A stretch of 64,000 bases of DNA, from positions 15,503-79,502 of IMG/VR virus record IMGVR_UViG_3300044678_002668, one strand, 5' to 3'. This DNA is from a virus. Of the stretch, positions 15,237 to 24,923 are shown in pieces. Every line of letters starts with the position of its first letter. Position 1 is the first letter of the stretch. The notes under the pieces were generated by a model, which ran no database searches, was not told where the DNA came from, and was given only the letters and a program-made list of their open reading frames with translations. The position numbers were made by a program, and so were the translations under genes.

Positions 15237-15536
15237 ATGGCTAGACCACCAATGGCTAACAGAATTCGTTATGTTAAAGTAGAAGACGGAGTATATAAAT
15301 CCTTCCGTCGTTATAATGGCTATCTAGTTTTGCTTTACGTGAAGCTTAAGTCTTTTAAGATTATTGATGATCTTGGTAAGTCAGTAGTAGAAGGCACCAT
15401 TATGGGAGGTAGCCACCAGTTAAAAGTGGCAGCTAAGAAAGCTTTAATGAAACTGGGAGTGGCGTTTAAAGAAGAAGGACGAGATAATACAAGTCGCATC
15501 TTAAAGAAAGCTAAAGAGAAAGGATTGATTAAATGA
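15237..15536 (+). CDS. basic hypothetical protein
   Basis: AAGGA RBS before ATG 15237. Confidence 0.7.
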   Translation: MARPPMANRIRYVKVEDGVYKSFRRYNGYLVLLYVKLKSFKIIDDLGKSVVEGTIMGGSHQLKVAAKKALMKLGVAFKEEGRDNTSRILKKAKEKGLIK

Positions 15537-15949
15537 GCAAAGCTTTAGGTTTTTTATTTGCATGTTTTATGTTAGGATGTCAACCAGCTTCTTATCATTA
15601 TCCTTATAATGACGAACATTTAATTCAAGCAGACAAAGAGTTAAAGGAAGCCATTGCCGCTTTACAAAATAGTATTACAGATCTTCAAGTAAGACAAGCA
15701 ACTTTAGAGGGTTATGGATATGTAGCGGCAATTGTAGATCCCTGCACAGATCATCCAACAAAGATTGATGAAATCTTTTTAAGGTTAAGTGATGGAAGTC
15801 TTATTGCTTCTTTTTCAGATAATGCTAACGGACTAAATACAAGGTGGAGTATAATCCAAAATGGAACATATTCAACCACTGATGGTACGGGATGTACTTT
15901 CACTGTAAGCAATGGAGTAGTTAGTCCTTCTATTGTTAAGGAGCTTTAA
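15533..15949 (+). CDS. putative lipoprotein (coiled coil + C-terminal beta domain)
   Basis: Signal peptide ending MLGC (lipobox-like); IVDPC...YSTTDGTGCTFTV domain. Confidence 0.7.
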   Translation: MSKALGFLFACFMLGCQPASYHYPYNDEHLIQADKELKEAIAALQNSITDLQVRQATLEGYGYVAAIVDPCTDHPTKIDEIFLRLSDGSLIASFSDNANGLNTRWSIIQNGTYSTTDGTGCTFTVSNGVVSPSIVKEL

Positions 15950-16003
15950 TACATGTCTCAAAGTGGTTGAAGAGGGTCGTCAACAAGTAGACTTAAAAGA
16001 AGA

Positions 16004-16336
16004 TTGGAGGGGGTTGTGACATTTTATGAAGCATTAAAAGCGAACGAAACAAAGAGGGTGCGGTCTAAGCGCACTGGAATTATCTGGCTAGACGGTGAGT
16101 TGATTAAAGAGCTTAACGAAGGAAATTTTCATTTGAAGCCCAGCATCGAATACGAGTGGGAAGTCTTCGAGGAGCCCCAGGAGTTTTGGGGTGTTTTAGC
16201 AAACGACGATACCTTATCAATTTTGCGTAGTTCAAAGGAGTTAGCCATCGAGGCTTCAAAGAATTTCGGTAAATATTACAACAAAATCGCCCTATTCCGC
16301 GAAGTGCCAGGCACGCGTGAAGAGGTGAAGCCGTGA
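16004..16336 (+). CDS. hypothetical protein
   Basis: ORF track; true start possibly GTG 16016. Confidence 0.65.
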   Translation: MEGVVTFYEALKANETKRVRSKRTGIIWLDGELIKELNEGNFHLKPSIEYEWEVFEEPQEFWGVLANDDTLSILRSSKELAIEASKNFGKYYNKIALFREVPGTREEVKP

Positions 16337-16397
16337 AGCGATGGGAGTATTTCGAGAAGTGGAATAGCAAGCGCACAAGCGCAGAAAGTGAGAAGCG

Positions 16398-16733
16398 ATG
16401 AGCAAAATTAGATTCATTACATTCCGAAGCAACGGCGGACTTTATGGCTTTCCTGCGCGACTCGCGGCGGAAAGTCGCGCTAAATATTACGCCGCGAGAG
16501 ATCAAGAAACTACATTCGGTGAAGAGTTTGAATATACCATGCAAGACGACTATGCGGCGGTTGACTGGTTTCGGAACGCCATGGACCCGACCGATGTCGC
16601 GGAACATTTGCGGTGCTTTGTTCAGCCCAACACTGACAATGCTTCGCTCATCGCTGAAGGCGTGGATTTTGATTTGCGTGACTACGACGCCGACGATTTG
16701 CCTCCTATGATGCCAAACAAAAAATTCAAATAA
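16398..16733 (+). CDS. hypothetical protein (GC-rich islet)
   Basis: ORF track; CG-rich codons unlike neighbours. Confidence 0.7.
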   Translation: MSKIRFITFRSNGGLYGFPARLAAESRAKYYAARDQETTFGEEFEYTMQDDYAAVDWFRNAMDPTDVAEHLRCFVQPNTDNASLIAEGVDFDLRDYDADDLPPMMPNKKFK

Positions 16734-16767
16734 TGCGCTCGATCCACGACGCGGAAAGTGAGGAGAT

Positions 16768-17121
16768 ATGAGTCTTACAATGTGGTTCTATTGGATTGAT
16801 GTTTTGCAGAAAGTAGGAATTCTTTTTATTGTTTCTGGAGCGGCTTTGATTTTTCTTAGCGGTTTTATTGCTTTGTTTGCTAATGAGGTATTTGAAATAC
16901 CGGAATTAAAAGCTAAAAAACTAATGGTTCTATCTTGGATTTGTGGATTTCTGTTAATTACACTTAGCATGTTTATTCCGTCAAAAGAAACCATGCACGC
17001 TATGCTGGCCGCAGAAGCTGCTAACGAAATAGTGAAGCATCCTGAAGTTCAAAAAATCGGAGGTCGTGCGCTTGATATTCTGAATAAAAAACTTGATGAG
17101 ATGGAAGGAGAAAAGAAATGA
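16768..17121 (+). CDS. membrane protein (2 TM)
   Basis: Two hydrophobic helices, IPSKETMHAM motif; GAGGAG RBS. Confidence 0.8.
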   Translation: MSLTMWFYWIDVLQKVGILFIVSGAALIFLSGFIALFANEVFEIPELKAKKLMVLSWICGFLLITLSMFIPSKETMHAMLAAEAANEIVKHPEVQKIGGRALDILNKKLDEMEGEKK

Positions 17122-17387
17122 CACAACCTAAAACTTTGTTGCTATATCCTAGTCATGCCCGATGGTTTTTAAACAATCTTGACGTATATGAAAACCCTTG
17201 GACAAGTGAAATTGAAGACAAATATATTCGTGATATACATTATCACATGGCTCATGTTATGTATGATGAACCCATCGAAGTAAAAGTCCTTGGAACAAGT
17301 TGGGTAGCGGATAACACTTTTCGCATTCAACATCCAAGCGGCTCTAGTTATTATGTTGAAACTAAAGATGGAAAAACAGTTCGATAG
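17118..17387 (+). CDS. hypothetical protein
   Basis: ATGA overlap, AGGAG RBS. Confidence 0.7.
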   Translation: MTQPKTLLLYPSHARWFLNNLDVYENPWTSEIEDKYIRDIHYHMAHVMYDEPIEVKVLGTSWVADNTFRIQHPSGSSYYVETKDGKTVR

Positions 17388-17405
17388 AATAGAAAAGGAG
17401 ATTAA

Positions 17406-17615
17406 ATGACTGAAAAAGATTTACTTTCACTTTTACTTATTTTTTGTACTAAAACAAATGACTTAAATTATACTCACAAAGAGGTTGTTACAGCTCGAAT
17501 AAAATGTGTGAGTACATTAAGTAAATGTTCTATTGATGAAAAAACTCAAAAGTTTTCTTATAAGAAATTTTTAACAGATTGTGAAGAATCGGTTAAACAT
17601 ATAGTATTGAGGTAA
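17406..17615 (+). CDS. hypothetical protein
   Basis: AAGGAG RBS. Confidence 0.7.
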   Translation: MTEKDLLSLLLIFCTKTNDLNYTHKEVVTARIKCVSTLSKCSIDEKTQKFSYKKFLTDCEESVKHIVLR

Positions 17616-17616
17616 C

Positions 17617-17829
17617 ATGACCTATATTGATTTTTCTCAAACCGAAGAAGCTAGAGTATTACCTCCTACTTTACAAACCCTCACCATCACTCTCAACGTA
17701 TCCTCTTCCTCTCTTAAAGAGAACTTAGAAAAGTTAGCTAAAGAAAAGGATATGAGTGTAGAACAAATGTTAACAGAACATATGCAAGAAACTCTTGAGT
17801 ATGTTTATAATCCAGAGGTACCTGTATGA
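17617..17829 (+). CDS. hypothetical protein (possible ribbon-helix-helix)
   Basis: GAGGT RBS; LTITLNV strand followed by helices. Confidence 0.65.
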   Translation: MTYIDFSQTEEARVLPPTLQTLTITLNVSSSSLKENLEKLAKEKDMSVEQMLTEHMQETLEYVYNPEVPV

Positions 17830-18389
17830 TGATTAACGTACCCACCACGAAGGTTTATGTAAAGCCTGAATACTTAGGTCTATCTCCAGACCTTCCTTTA
17901 CAAGAAGCCTATCTAATTGCGGTGGAAGGAAAACAAAATGAGTCTCTTAAGCACACTATACACCTTTCGTCTGGAGCTTTATTTGGTGGTTTACCGATTG
18001 AATGTCTATACTGGAAAGAGGCAGCAGCTTCTTCTGAGCATGCTTTATTTTGGGACACCTCTGTATTACAACCGTATAGCTGTACAGAAGGGCCTATCCA
18101 CTGTGTAGAGCTTTCCTATCTTCGCAACTATCAAGGAGTGGCTAGAATTGATGGAGCAGATTATAACGTAGAATATATGTTTACTATTTCCTATAGTGGT
18201 ATTGGACTTACTTCTGACCCAGAACAGAATAAGACTCATAACTATGTAAAACTTTTAGACAACGGTCAAATTGCTGCGTTGCCTAATAACAAGCTTCTTT
18301 GGATTGATGAACATTTTACAGACAATGGAGATCCTGTAACATGGCCCCCTTATCGAAGGGTGAGCAAAAAGTATTTGGCTGGCAGTTAA
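17826..18389 (+). CDS. phage hypothetical protein
   Basis: 187-aa ORF; EYMFTI...KTHNYVKLLDNGQIAALPNN. Confidence 0.75.
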   Translation: MMINVPTTKVYVKPEYLGLSPDLPLQEAYLIAVEGKQNESLKHTIHLSSGALFGGLPIECLYWKEAAASSEHALFWDTSVLQPYSCTEGPIHCVELSYLRNYQGVARIDGADYNVEYMFTISYSGIGLTSDPEQNKTHNYVKLLDNGQIAALPNNKLLWIDEHFTDNGDPVTWPPYRRVSKKYLAGS

Positions 18390-18403
18390 GTTTCTGATAT
18401 AAT
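18375..18403 (+). promoter_or_regulatory. sigma70-type promoter upstream of RNR
   Basis: TTGGCT-17 nt-TATAAT with extended -10 TG. Confidence 0.6.
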
Positions 18404-18438
18404 AAAAATCCTAACCCCCAACACTCAAGGAGCCATTA

Positions 18439-21246
18439 GTGAATCCAAGCAACAAGATTCTCTCAGACATCACCGCCTTTACTAAGTATGCTAAATACTT
18501 ACCTCATCTAGGACGACGAGAAACCTTGGCAGAAACCATTAACCGCTGTATGTCAATGCACCTGGATAGGTTTTCTCATCTGTCTTATGACATCACTAAA
18601 GCCTTTCAACGGGTACATGATTTGCGCGTTATGCCTTCCATGCGTTCCCTTCAGTTTGCAGGAGAGGCCGTATTAAAAAATCCAGCCCGTCAATATAACT
18701 GTTCCTACACTCCTATTAACGACACTAAAACTTTTAGTGAGGTTTTGTTTCTTCTTCTGTCTGGAGTCGGTGTGGGGTTCTCTGTTCAACGAGACCATGT
18801 AAACCAACTTCCTAAAATCACAATGCCCAAAGAACAAGGTCTTTATGTTGTGCAGGATTCCATTGTGGGATGGGCTGAAGCTCTTAATACTTTAATGGAA
18901 GCTTATTTCTTTGGAAAGATTAAGCCAGAATATGATTTCTCACAAGTACGTCCTAAAGGCTCATATCTCGTCACCACGGGTGCTAAAGCTCCTGGCCCTG
19001 AGCCCCTTAAGTACATGCTTAAAACAGTGGAGGGAAAGCTATTAGAAGCAATGGGACGTAGGCTAAAGCCCATTGAAGTACATGACATTGTATGTATTAT
19101 TAGCGATTGCGTTCTTTCTGGAGGTATTCGTAGGGCTGCCCTTATTTCTGTATTTGATAGAGACGATATGGAAATGCTAAAAGCTAAGCATGGAGAGTGG
19201 TGGGTTAAACATCCCTATAGAGCTAGATCAAATAACTCTGCCGTTCTTCCTTATGATAAGGTCACTAAGGAAGAGTTCTTTGAAATTTTTAAAATCTGTC
19301 AAGACTCTAATTCTGGAGAGCCTGGATTTAGTTGGACCAATAACACAGATTGGTCTTTTAACCCATGTGTATCAGGTAACACAGAAATTCTAACTCGTAA
19401 TGGATACGAGCGTATTGACTCTGTTGTAGATACTGAAGTGGAAGTTTGGAATGGTTTTGAATGGTCTAAAGTAACTCCTAAAGTAACAGGCACAAACCAA
19501 GAAATGCTTACCATTACTTTTAATAACGGCATTTCACTAGAGTGTACTAAATATCATAAGTTCCATATTGCCACTAACTACACGGGCGGAGTTAAAATTG
19601 TTGAGGCTAAAGATCTTGAGCCTGGAATGAAGTTAATCAAACATGAATTTCCTATTATTGAGCATGGAAAAGTTTTAGAAAACGCTTATACACAAGGATT
19701 TGTGTCAGCGGAAGGGATGGATAATTACAAATTTTGTTGGGTATATGAACCTAAAAAAATGTGTATTGAACGGTTAAAAGAAAACGCTTCACGAATTAGT
19801 GAAGAAAGTTTTGGAAGAGTTTCTGTACATTTTAAAACAGCTCTTCTTCCAAAGAACTTCGTGCCATTTGAATATAATCTCAAATCAAAACTAGATTGGT
19901 TGTCTGGATTATTTGATGGAGATGGGTGTGAGCTAAAAGAAGGAGGCTTGCAATTAACTTCCATTGACAAGCAGTTTCTTCTAAATGTTCAAAAACTTTT
20001 ATCCACTGTGGGAGTTTCTTCTAAGGTAGTGGCTGGAATGAAGGCTGGACTAAGAAGTTTACCAGACGGTAAAGGAGGACACAAAGACTTTAATTGTCAA
20101 GAAGCTTATAGAATCCTTGTAGGATCTGTACAAATGCAAAGCTTAAAAAAGCTAGGACTTTCTTGTGAGCGTCTCAAGTTTGACAAGTCTCCTCAACGAG
20201 ACGCTTCACAGTTTGTGTCTGTAGTGGATGTTGTTGATTCTGGAGTGGCAGAAAAAGTATATTGTTTTAACGAGCCTAAAAATCATACAGGAATTTTTGG
20301 TGGAGTTATTACAGGACAGTGCCATGAGATTGCACTGAATCCCAACCAGTTTTGCAATTTGTCCACAATCAATCAATCTAATATTAAAGATAAGCGAGAC
20401 TTTATGAATAGGGTTCATTCAGCCACGCTTATTGGAACTCTTCAAGCGGCTTATACAGACTTCCATTATTTGCGTCCTATTTGGCGAGAGCAAACAGAAC
20501 GTGAGGCTTTGTTGGGTGTGAGCTTTACTGGTATTGCTGATGGTACAGGTATTGTTACAAACGAATGGCTAAAAGAAGGAGCAGAGTTCGCTAAAGAGAT
20601 TAATCTTAAATATGCTAAGAAGCTAGGAATTAACCCAGCGGCTCGCATCACCACCACTAAACCAGAAGGCACTAGCTCTTGTATTTTAGGATCTTCTAGT
20701 GGTGTACATGCTCGTCATGCTCCATATTACATTCGCCGTATCCGAATGAATAAAGACGATGCTCTAGCTGTATACTTACGAGCCATGCTACCAGACTTGG
20801 TGGAAGACGATAAGTTTTCTTCTACTGGAGTAGTGGTTAGTATTCCACAAGAAAGTCCAAAGAACTCTGTTATTAGAAATGATGAGACGGCGTTTACACT
20901 ATTCCAGCGTACTCTAGATTACAATACTCATTGGGTACGTAATGGGCATCGCTATGGAGATAACCACCATAATGTAAGCGCCACCATTTCAGTACGTCCA
21001 AATGAATGGGACACTCTTAAAGAACAAATGTGGGAGAATAGGTATTCCTATCATGGCATTAGCTTACTTCCATACGATAATGGAACTTATGTACAAGCTC
21101 CCTTTGAAGAGTGTACGGAAGAAAAGTATAATGAAATGATGACTCTTGTTAAAGAAGTAGACCTCACTCAAGTAAGGGAAGAAGAAGATAAAACTACCAG
21201 AGCTGAAGAATTAGCTTGTGTTGGCGGTGTTTGCTTGGTAGAATAA
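18439..21246 (+). CDS. nrdJ: class II (B12-dependent) ribonucleotide reductase, intein-containing
   Basis: PSMRSL, YNCSY, GVGVGFSV, GGIRRAALI, NP|CHEI, KPEGT; C-terminal CVGGVC; no nrdB nearby. Confidence 0.9.
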   Translation: MNPSNKILSDITAFTKYAKYLPHLGRRETLAETINRCMSMHLDRFSHLSYDITKAFQRVHDLRVMPSMRSLQFAGEAVLKNPARQYNCSYTPINDTKTFSEVLFLLLSGVGVGFSVQRDHVNQLPKITMPKEQGLYVVQDSIVGWAEALNTLMEAYFFGKIKPEYDFSQVRPKGSYLVTTGAKAPGPEPLKYMLKTVEGKLLEAMGRRLKPIEVHDIVCIISDCVLSGGIRRAALISVFDRDDMEMLKAKHGEWWVKHPYRARSNNSAVLPYDKVTKEEFFEIFKICQDSNSGEPGFSWTNNTDWSFNPCVSGNTEILTRNGYERIDSVVDTEVEVWNGFEWSKVTPKVTGTNQEMLTITFNNGISLECTKYHKFHIATNYTGGVKIVEAKDLEPGMKLIKHEFPIIEHGKVLENAYTQGFVSAEGMDNYKFCWVYEPKKMCIERLKENASRISEESFGRVSVHFKTALLPKNFVPFEYNLKSKLDWLSGLFDGDGCELKEGGLQLTSIDKQFLLNVQKLLSTVGVSSKVVAGMKAGLRSLPDGKGGHKDFNCQEAYRILVGSVQMQSLKKLGLSCERLKFDKSPQRDASQFVSVVDVVDSGVAEKVYCFNEPKNHTGIFGGVITGQCHEIALNPNQFCNLSTINQSNIKDKRDFMNRVHSATLIGTLQAAYTDFHYLRPIWREQTEREALLGVSFTGIADGTGIVTNEWLKEGAEFAKEINLKYAKKLGINPAARITTTKPEGTSSCILGSSSGVHARHAPYYIRRIRMNKDDALAVYLRAMLPDLVEDDKFSSTGVVVSIPQESPKNSVIRNDETAFTLFQRTLDYNTHWVRNGHRYGDNHHNVSATISVRPNEWDTLKEQMWENRYSYHGISLLPYDNGTYVQAPFEECTEEKYNEMMTLVKEVDLTQVREEEDKTTRAEELACVGGVCLVE
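19366..20319 (+). mobile_element. intein with LAGLIDADG homing endonuclease (318 aa)
   Basis: Begins CVSGNTEILT after NP; LECTKYHKF block B; WLSGLFDGDG; VYCFNEP...ITGQ followed by extein Cys. Confidence 0.92.
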
Positions 21247-21279
21247 AAGAACTTCATCGGCCCTCCTTTCGCACTTGTG

Positions 21280-21310
21280 GCCCCGAGAGTTAAATCGGGG
21301 CGTTTATTTT
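21280..21310 (+). terminator. putative terminator after RNR
   Basis: GCCCCGA-loop-TCGGGGC followed by GTTTATTTT. Confidence 0.6.
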
Positions 21311-21532
21311 ATGGGACCAGAATTAGTATTGTTAGCTTCTATTGTAGCTCTTCAACCAGAAACCAGAGCCCCCATTTCTAGGGAAGCTGTTTCCTATGTT
21401 AAAGTTGATAAGATGGTGGAAGAGTACTATAAAAAACAACTTACAAAACAAGAACGAGAAATATTAGAAAAAACTTCTTTGTATATTCTTCCTTTAGTAG
21501 AGCGAAAAATTGTGTATAAGATGGAGTTTTAA
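21311..21532 (+). CDS. hypothetical protein
   Basis: ORF track. Confidence 0.6.
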   Translation: MGPELVLLASIVALQPETRAPISREAVSYVKVDKMVEEYYKKQLTKQEREILEKTSLYILPLVERKIVYKMEF

Positions 21533-22024
21533 ATGCCAATTAGTCAAGCTACCATTGCAGAATTTCATGAAAAGTTTACTTACAATAAAGCTACAGGTAA
21601 ACTCAAAAGCCGCACTACACTAAAAGAAATTGGCCATCAGAAAAAAGACGGCTATGTGTATATTCTCCATAATAAAAAATCCTATCCTATACATAGAGTG
21701 GTGTATGCCATGGTTATGGGAGAAGATCCCCCAGGATTAATGGACCATAAGAATGGAGATAAGGCAGATAACCGATGGGTAAATCTAAGACTGGTTAGCC
21801 ATAAGGAAAATGCCTACAATGCTGGCATTCCTAAACACAACACTTCTGGATATAAGGGAGTATGTTGGCATAAGCACAAGAAACGCTGGTACTCTTACAT
21901 TAAAATGAATGGAAAGACTTTACATGTTGGGTATTTCCGTACAGCTAGGGAAGCGGCGAGAGCTTATAATAGGATGGCTAGGAAATTGCGTGGAGAGTAT
22001 GCAAAAGTAAACCCCAATACGTGA
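21533..22024 (+). CDS. HNH homing endonuclease with AP2 DNA-binding domain
   Basis: DHKNGDKADNRWVNL; NTSGYKGVCW...HVGYF..AREAARAYN. Confidence 0.92.
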   Translation: MPISQATIAEFHEKFTYNKATGKLKSRTTLKEIGHQKKDGYVYILHNKKSYPIHRVVYAMVMGEDPPGLMDHKNGDKADNRWVNLRLVSHKENAYNAGIPKHNTSGYKGVCWHKHKKRWYSYIKMNGKTLHVGYFRTAREAARAYNRMARKLRGEYAKVNPNT

Positions 22025-22062
22025 TGGTTTAGACATATAAAGGACGTATTATACGTGGGGGC

Positions 22063-22091
22063 TTGACTTATTGGTGGAGTTAGGGTAGAAT
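22063..22091 (+). promoter_or_regulatory. sigma70-type promoter upstream of dut
   Basis: TTGACT-17 nt-TAGAAT. Confidence 0.75.
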
Positions 22092-22135
22092 GTAAGTGTT
22101 GAAAGACGCGGCTTGTCTATTTTTGGAGGTTATCT

Positions 22136-22582
22136 ATGCGTAAAGTTGAAGTGAAAGTAAAATCTTTAGTTGAGGAGCTACCTAAATATGAAACTCTTGG
22201 GGCTGCGGGAATGGATGTACGAGCATCTATCCCAGATGAAGGAATCGTATATGTGTTATCCGGCCAACGTGCGATTATTGGAACCGGGATTGCGGTATCA
22301 GTACCTAATGGGTATGAAATTCAAGTCCGATCTAGATCTGGTTTAGCTGCCAAAACAGGACTTATGGTATTAAATGGAGTTGGTACTATTGATAGCGACT
22401 ATCGAGGAGAGATTAAAGTGATTCTCTACAATTCAGGCAGCAGTCCAGTTACCGTTAAGAACGGAGATCGTATTGCTCAGCTAGTATTGTCAGAGGTTCC
22501 TAAGATTGATTGGGTTCCAGTAAACGAACTAACAGAAACTGAAAGAGGAGAAGGTGGACTTGGTTCCACAGGAGTAAATTAA
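22136..22582 (+). CDS. dut: trimeric dUTPase
   Basis: AGMD, RSGLA, GTIDSDYRGE, GDRIAQ, RGEGGLGSTG. Confidence 0.97.
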   Translation: MRKVEVKVKSLVEELPKYETLGAAGMDVRASIPDEGIVYVLSGQRAIIGTGIAVSVPNGYEIQVRSRSGLAAKTGLMVLNGVGTIDSDYRGEIKVILYNSGSSPVTVKNGDRIAQLVLSEVPKIDWVPVNELTETERGEGGLGSTGVN

Positions 22583-22583
22583 A

Positions 22584-22799
22584 ATGAAATTCAAAAATCC
22601 TGATATGTTTAAAGAAGCTTCCCTGAAAAACTTTAAAGAACCTAGTGTCAGTGTGACTGACTATGCTAAACGTTTAGCTAAACTTCATGGTAAAGAAGGG
22701 GCTCTTAAGCTAGCTTCTAAATATGCTAATGAAAAAAATCAGCTAACAGATAACCTCACTAAGAACTTCTTTACTTTAGTTATTCGGGAACTTAAATAA
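22584..22799 (+). CDS. hypothetical protein
   Basis: ORF track, coupled. Confidence 0.7.
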   Translation: MKFKNPDMFKEASLKNFKEPSVSVTDYAKRLAKLHGKEGALKLASKYANEKNQLTDNLTKNFFTLVIRELK

Positions 22800-23002
22800 T
22801 GAAAAGCAAGGTTGTTGATATTGACGTATTGCGTTGGTGGGATGTTGGTGCCACCACTAAAGTTCAAGTTCGTTTAACTTATGAACGAGAAGATGGCCTA
22901 CGTTATACAAAAGATTTAGAAAAGTTTTTAAACAGTGATTTAAAAACAGTGAGCAACATTAACCAAATGTTTAAGGAATTAATTACAGATCTGGAAAGCT
23001 AA
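22799..23002 (+). CDS. hypothetical protein
   Basis: TAATG coupling. Confidence 0.7.
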   Translation: MKSKVVDIDVLRWWDVGATTKVQVRLTYEREDGLRYTKDLEKFLNSDLKTVSNINQMFKELITDLES

Positions 23003-23368
23003 ATGAAAAAGCGTTTTGTTAGGCTAGCTAAAAAATGTGCCACTAATAGTGAACATAAATTCCAACTTGGATGTGTAATTGTAAAGAACAATAAAGTTAT
23101 TGGGGCTGGTTGGAATACTACCAAAACCCATACAAAATCTCCTCAAAAATATAAAACTCTTCATGCCGAAATGTCAGCTCTTTTTTCCGCTAAGAAAGCT
23201 CCTGTAAAAGGGGCTGAAGCCTACGTGTTTCGTATTCTTAAAAACGGAGAATATGCTTTGGCTAAGCCCTGTCCAATTTGCGAAAACATGTTAAAGCTTG
23301 CGGGAATTAAGAAAGTCCACTATACTACAGATAGTAAAGGGTTTATCTGTACGGAGCACTATAAATGA
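23003..23368 (+). CDS. zinc-dependent cytidine/deoxycytidylate deaminase family protein
   Basis: HAE and PCPIC zinc motifs. Confidence 0.88.
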   Translation: MKKRFVRLAKKCATNSEHKFQLGCVIVKNNKVIGAGWNTTKTHTKSPQKYKTLHAEMSALFSAKKAPVKGAEAYVFRILKNGEYALAKPCPICENMLKLAGIKKVHYTTDSKGFICTEHYK

Positions 23369-24465
23369 AAACAAAGCTAAGTCACTCAGCGGTAAGTAAA
23401 TATCAAGATTGTCCAACAGCCTATCGCTACCATTACATTGAAGGCTACCGCTCTAAAACAAAAAGCGGAGCTTTATTTTTTGGTACTGCAATTGATAAGG
23501 CCATGGAAGAACTTCTCATCACTGGTCAAGGTGGAGTGGAAACTTTTGAAGCTAATTGGCTAGAGCAAGAACACAATGGAAGGAAACTATATCTTCCTCT
23601 TTCCACTGAGATTGTATATGCCGAATCAGACTATGATGAAGATTTAATGCTTCCTGAAGATTGGCAATCTATTTCTAATATGTTGGATCTTCCTGAAGGG
23701 TTTGACATTAAAGAAAAACTTGCTTCTATCTATAAACAAAAGAAAGCCATTGGATTTGATTTACTTTCAAAAGATAACAAAACCTTATTAAATCTAGCAA
23801 ACTGGAAATGTTTGCGAAGAAAAGGTTTGGTTATGATTGAAGCTTTAAAGCAAGAAGTATTGCCAAACATTGAACAAGTATTGGGAACTCAAGAAAAAGT
23901 GGAGCTAGTAAATGAGCTTGGAGACAGTGTTGTTGGATATGTAGACATTGTAGCTAAACTTAAAGGACACGATGAACCTGTAATCCTAGATTTAAAAACA
24001 TCCACTAGGATGTATGAGGAAGATAGTGTTCTTACAAGTCCACAACTATCTCTTTACGTATGGGGATTACATGACAAGTATAAAACAAGTAAGGCTGGCT
24101 ATGTTGTTCTCCTTAAATCCATATCTAAAAATAAACTCAAGCTATGCAAGTCCTGCGGTAATGATGGATCTTCTGGCTCTCACAAGACCTGTAATGCAAC
24201 GGGACCAGATGGAAAACGTTGCCATGGCGAATTTAATATAACAATTAATCCTAAAGCTTCAGTTCAAATTATTATTGACTCCATTCCAGAAAGAGTGCAG
24301 AATATGGTGGTGGAAAACTTTAATGAAGTTAACCATGCTATTAAGTCTGGAACGTTTACAAAGAATTTGCAGTCTTGCATTAAGCCTTATGGCAAATGTG
24401 CTTTCTATAACATTTGCTGGAAAGGTACAGAGGAAGGATTAGTAAAGAGTGAAACCTCTCGTTAA
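23365..24465 (+). CDS. PD-(D/E)xK exonuclease (Cas4/RecB-like) with zinc-ribbon insertion
   Basis: LSHS..CP, GYVD, DLKTS, QLSLY, C-terminal Cys cluster. Confidence 0.85.
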   Translation: MKTKLSHSAVSKYQDCPTAYRYHYIEGYRSKTKSGALFFGTAIDKAMEELLITGQGGVETFEANWLEQEHNGRKLYLPLSTEIVYAESDYDEDLMLPEDWQSISNMLDLPEGFDIKEKLASIYKQKKAIGFDLLSKDNKTLLNLANWKCLRRKGLVMIEALKQEVLPNIEQVLGTQEKVELVNELGDSVVGYVDIVAKLKGHDEPVILDLKTSTRMYEEDSVLTSPQLSLYVWGLHDKYKTSKAGYVVLLKSISKNKLKLCKSCGNDGSSGSHKTCNATGPDGKRCHGEFNITINPKASVQIIIDSIPERVQNMVVENFNEVNHAIKSGTFTKNLQSCIKPYGKCAFYNICWKGTEEGLVKSETSR

Positions 24466-24670
24466 AGCTGCTTTTTGGGCTAGTTTAGCTAGGCTTATCA
24501 GTATTGCTCTAGCTGCTGGAGCTGGTAATATTATTCATCAAACTGTAGGAGGGGGATTACAAGCTTGGCCTGTAGCTGCATTTATGGCAGTGGTTAGTTT
24601 TTTACTTATGTGGTTTAGTGAAATACAAAGAGAGGAAAATAGAAATGCCCAAAGCAACAGAAAGATATAA
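24449..24670 (+). CDS. small membrane protein
   Basis: Two hydrophobic segments. Confidence 0.65.
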   Translation: MKPLVKAAFWASLARLISIALAAGAGNIIHQTVGGGLQAWPVAAFMAVVSFLLMWFSEIQREENRNAQSNRKI

Positions 24671-24923
24671 AAAGATTAAAGAAGATATTTTAAAAGAAGA
24701 ACAAAAAGTAAATGAGGTGGTTGAATATAGCCACTTCATTTATGATTGTTATAAATCGGAGGAAGGAAAATATGTAATTGTAAAACTAAGCTTTAATTCA
24801 AACGGAGACGTGTCACTGGAGCTTACAGGAAAAGAGTTTGACAATCCTGCTAAAGCAGACTACAATATACAAGAACTCAATGGTAATGAACGAGTTCGAA
24901 GATTAAGAAAGGGTAATTTATGA
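24645..24923 (+). CDS. hypothetical protein
   Basis: GAGG RBS before ATG 24645. Confidence 0.7.
   Translation: MPKATERYKKIKEDILKEEQKVNEVVEYSHFIYDCYKSEEGKYVIVKLSFNSNGDVSLELTGKEFDNPAKADYNIQELNGNERVRRLRKGNL

Noticed and set aside
23365-24465. Cas4 as evidence of a CRISPR system
   Set aside because: It is a stand-alone PD-(D/E)xK nuclease near an SSAP in the replication module, typical of phage recombination.
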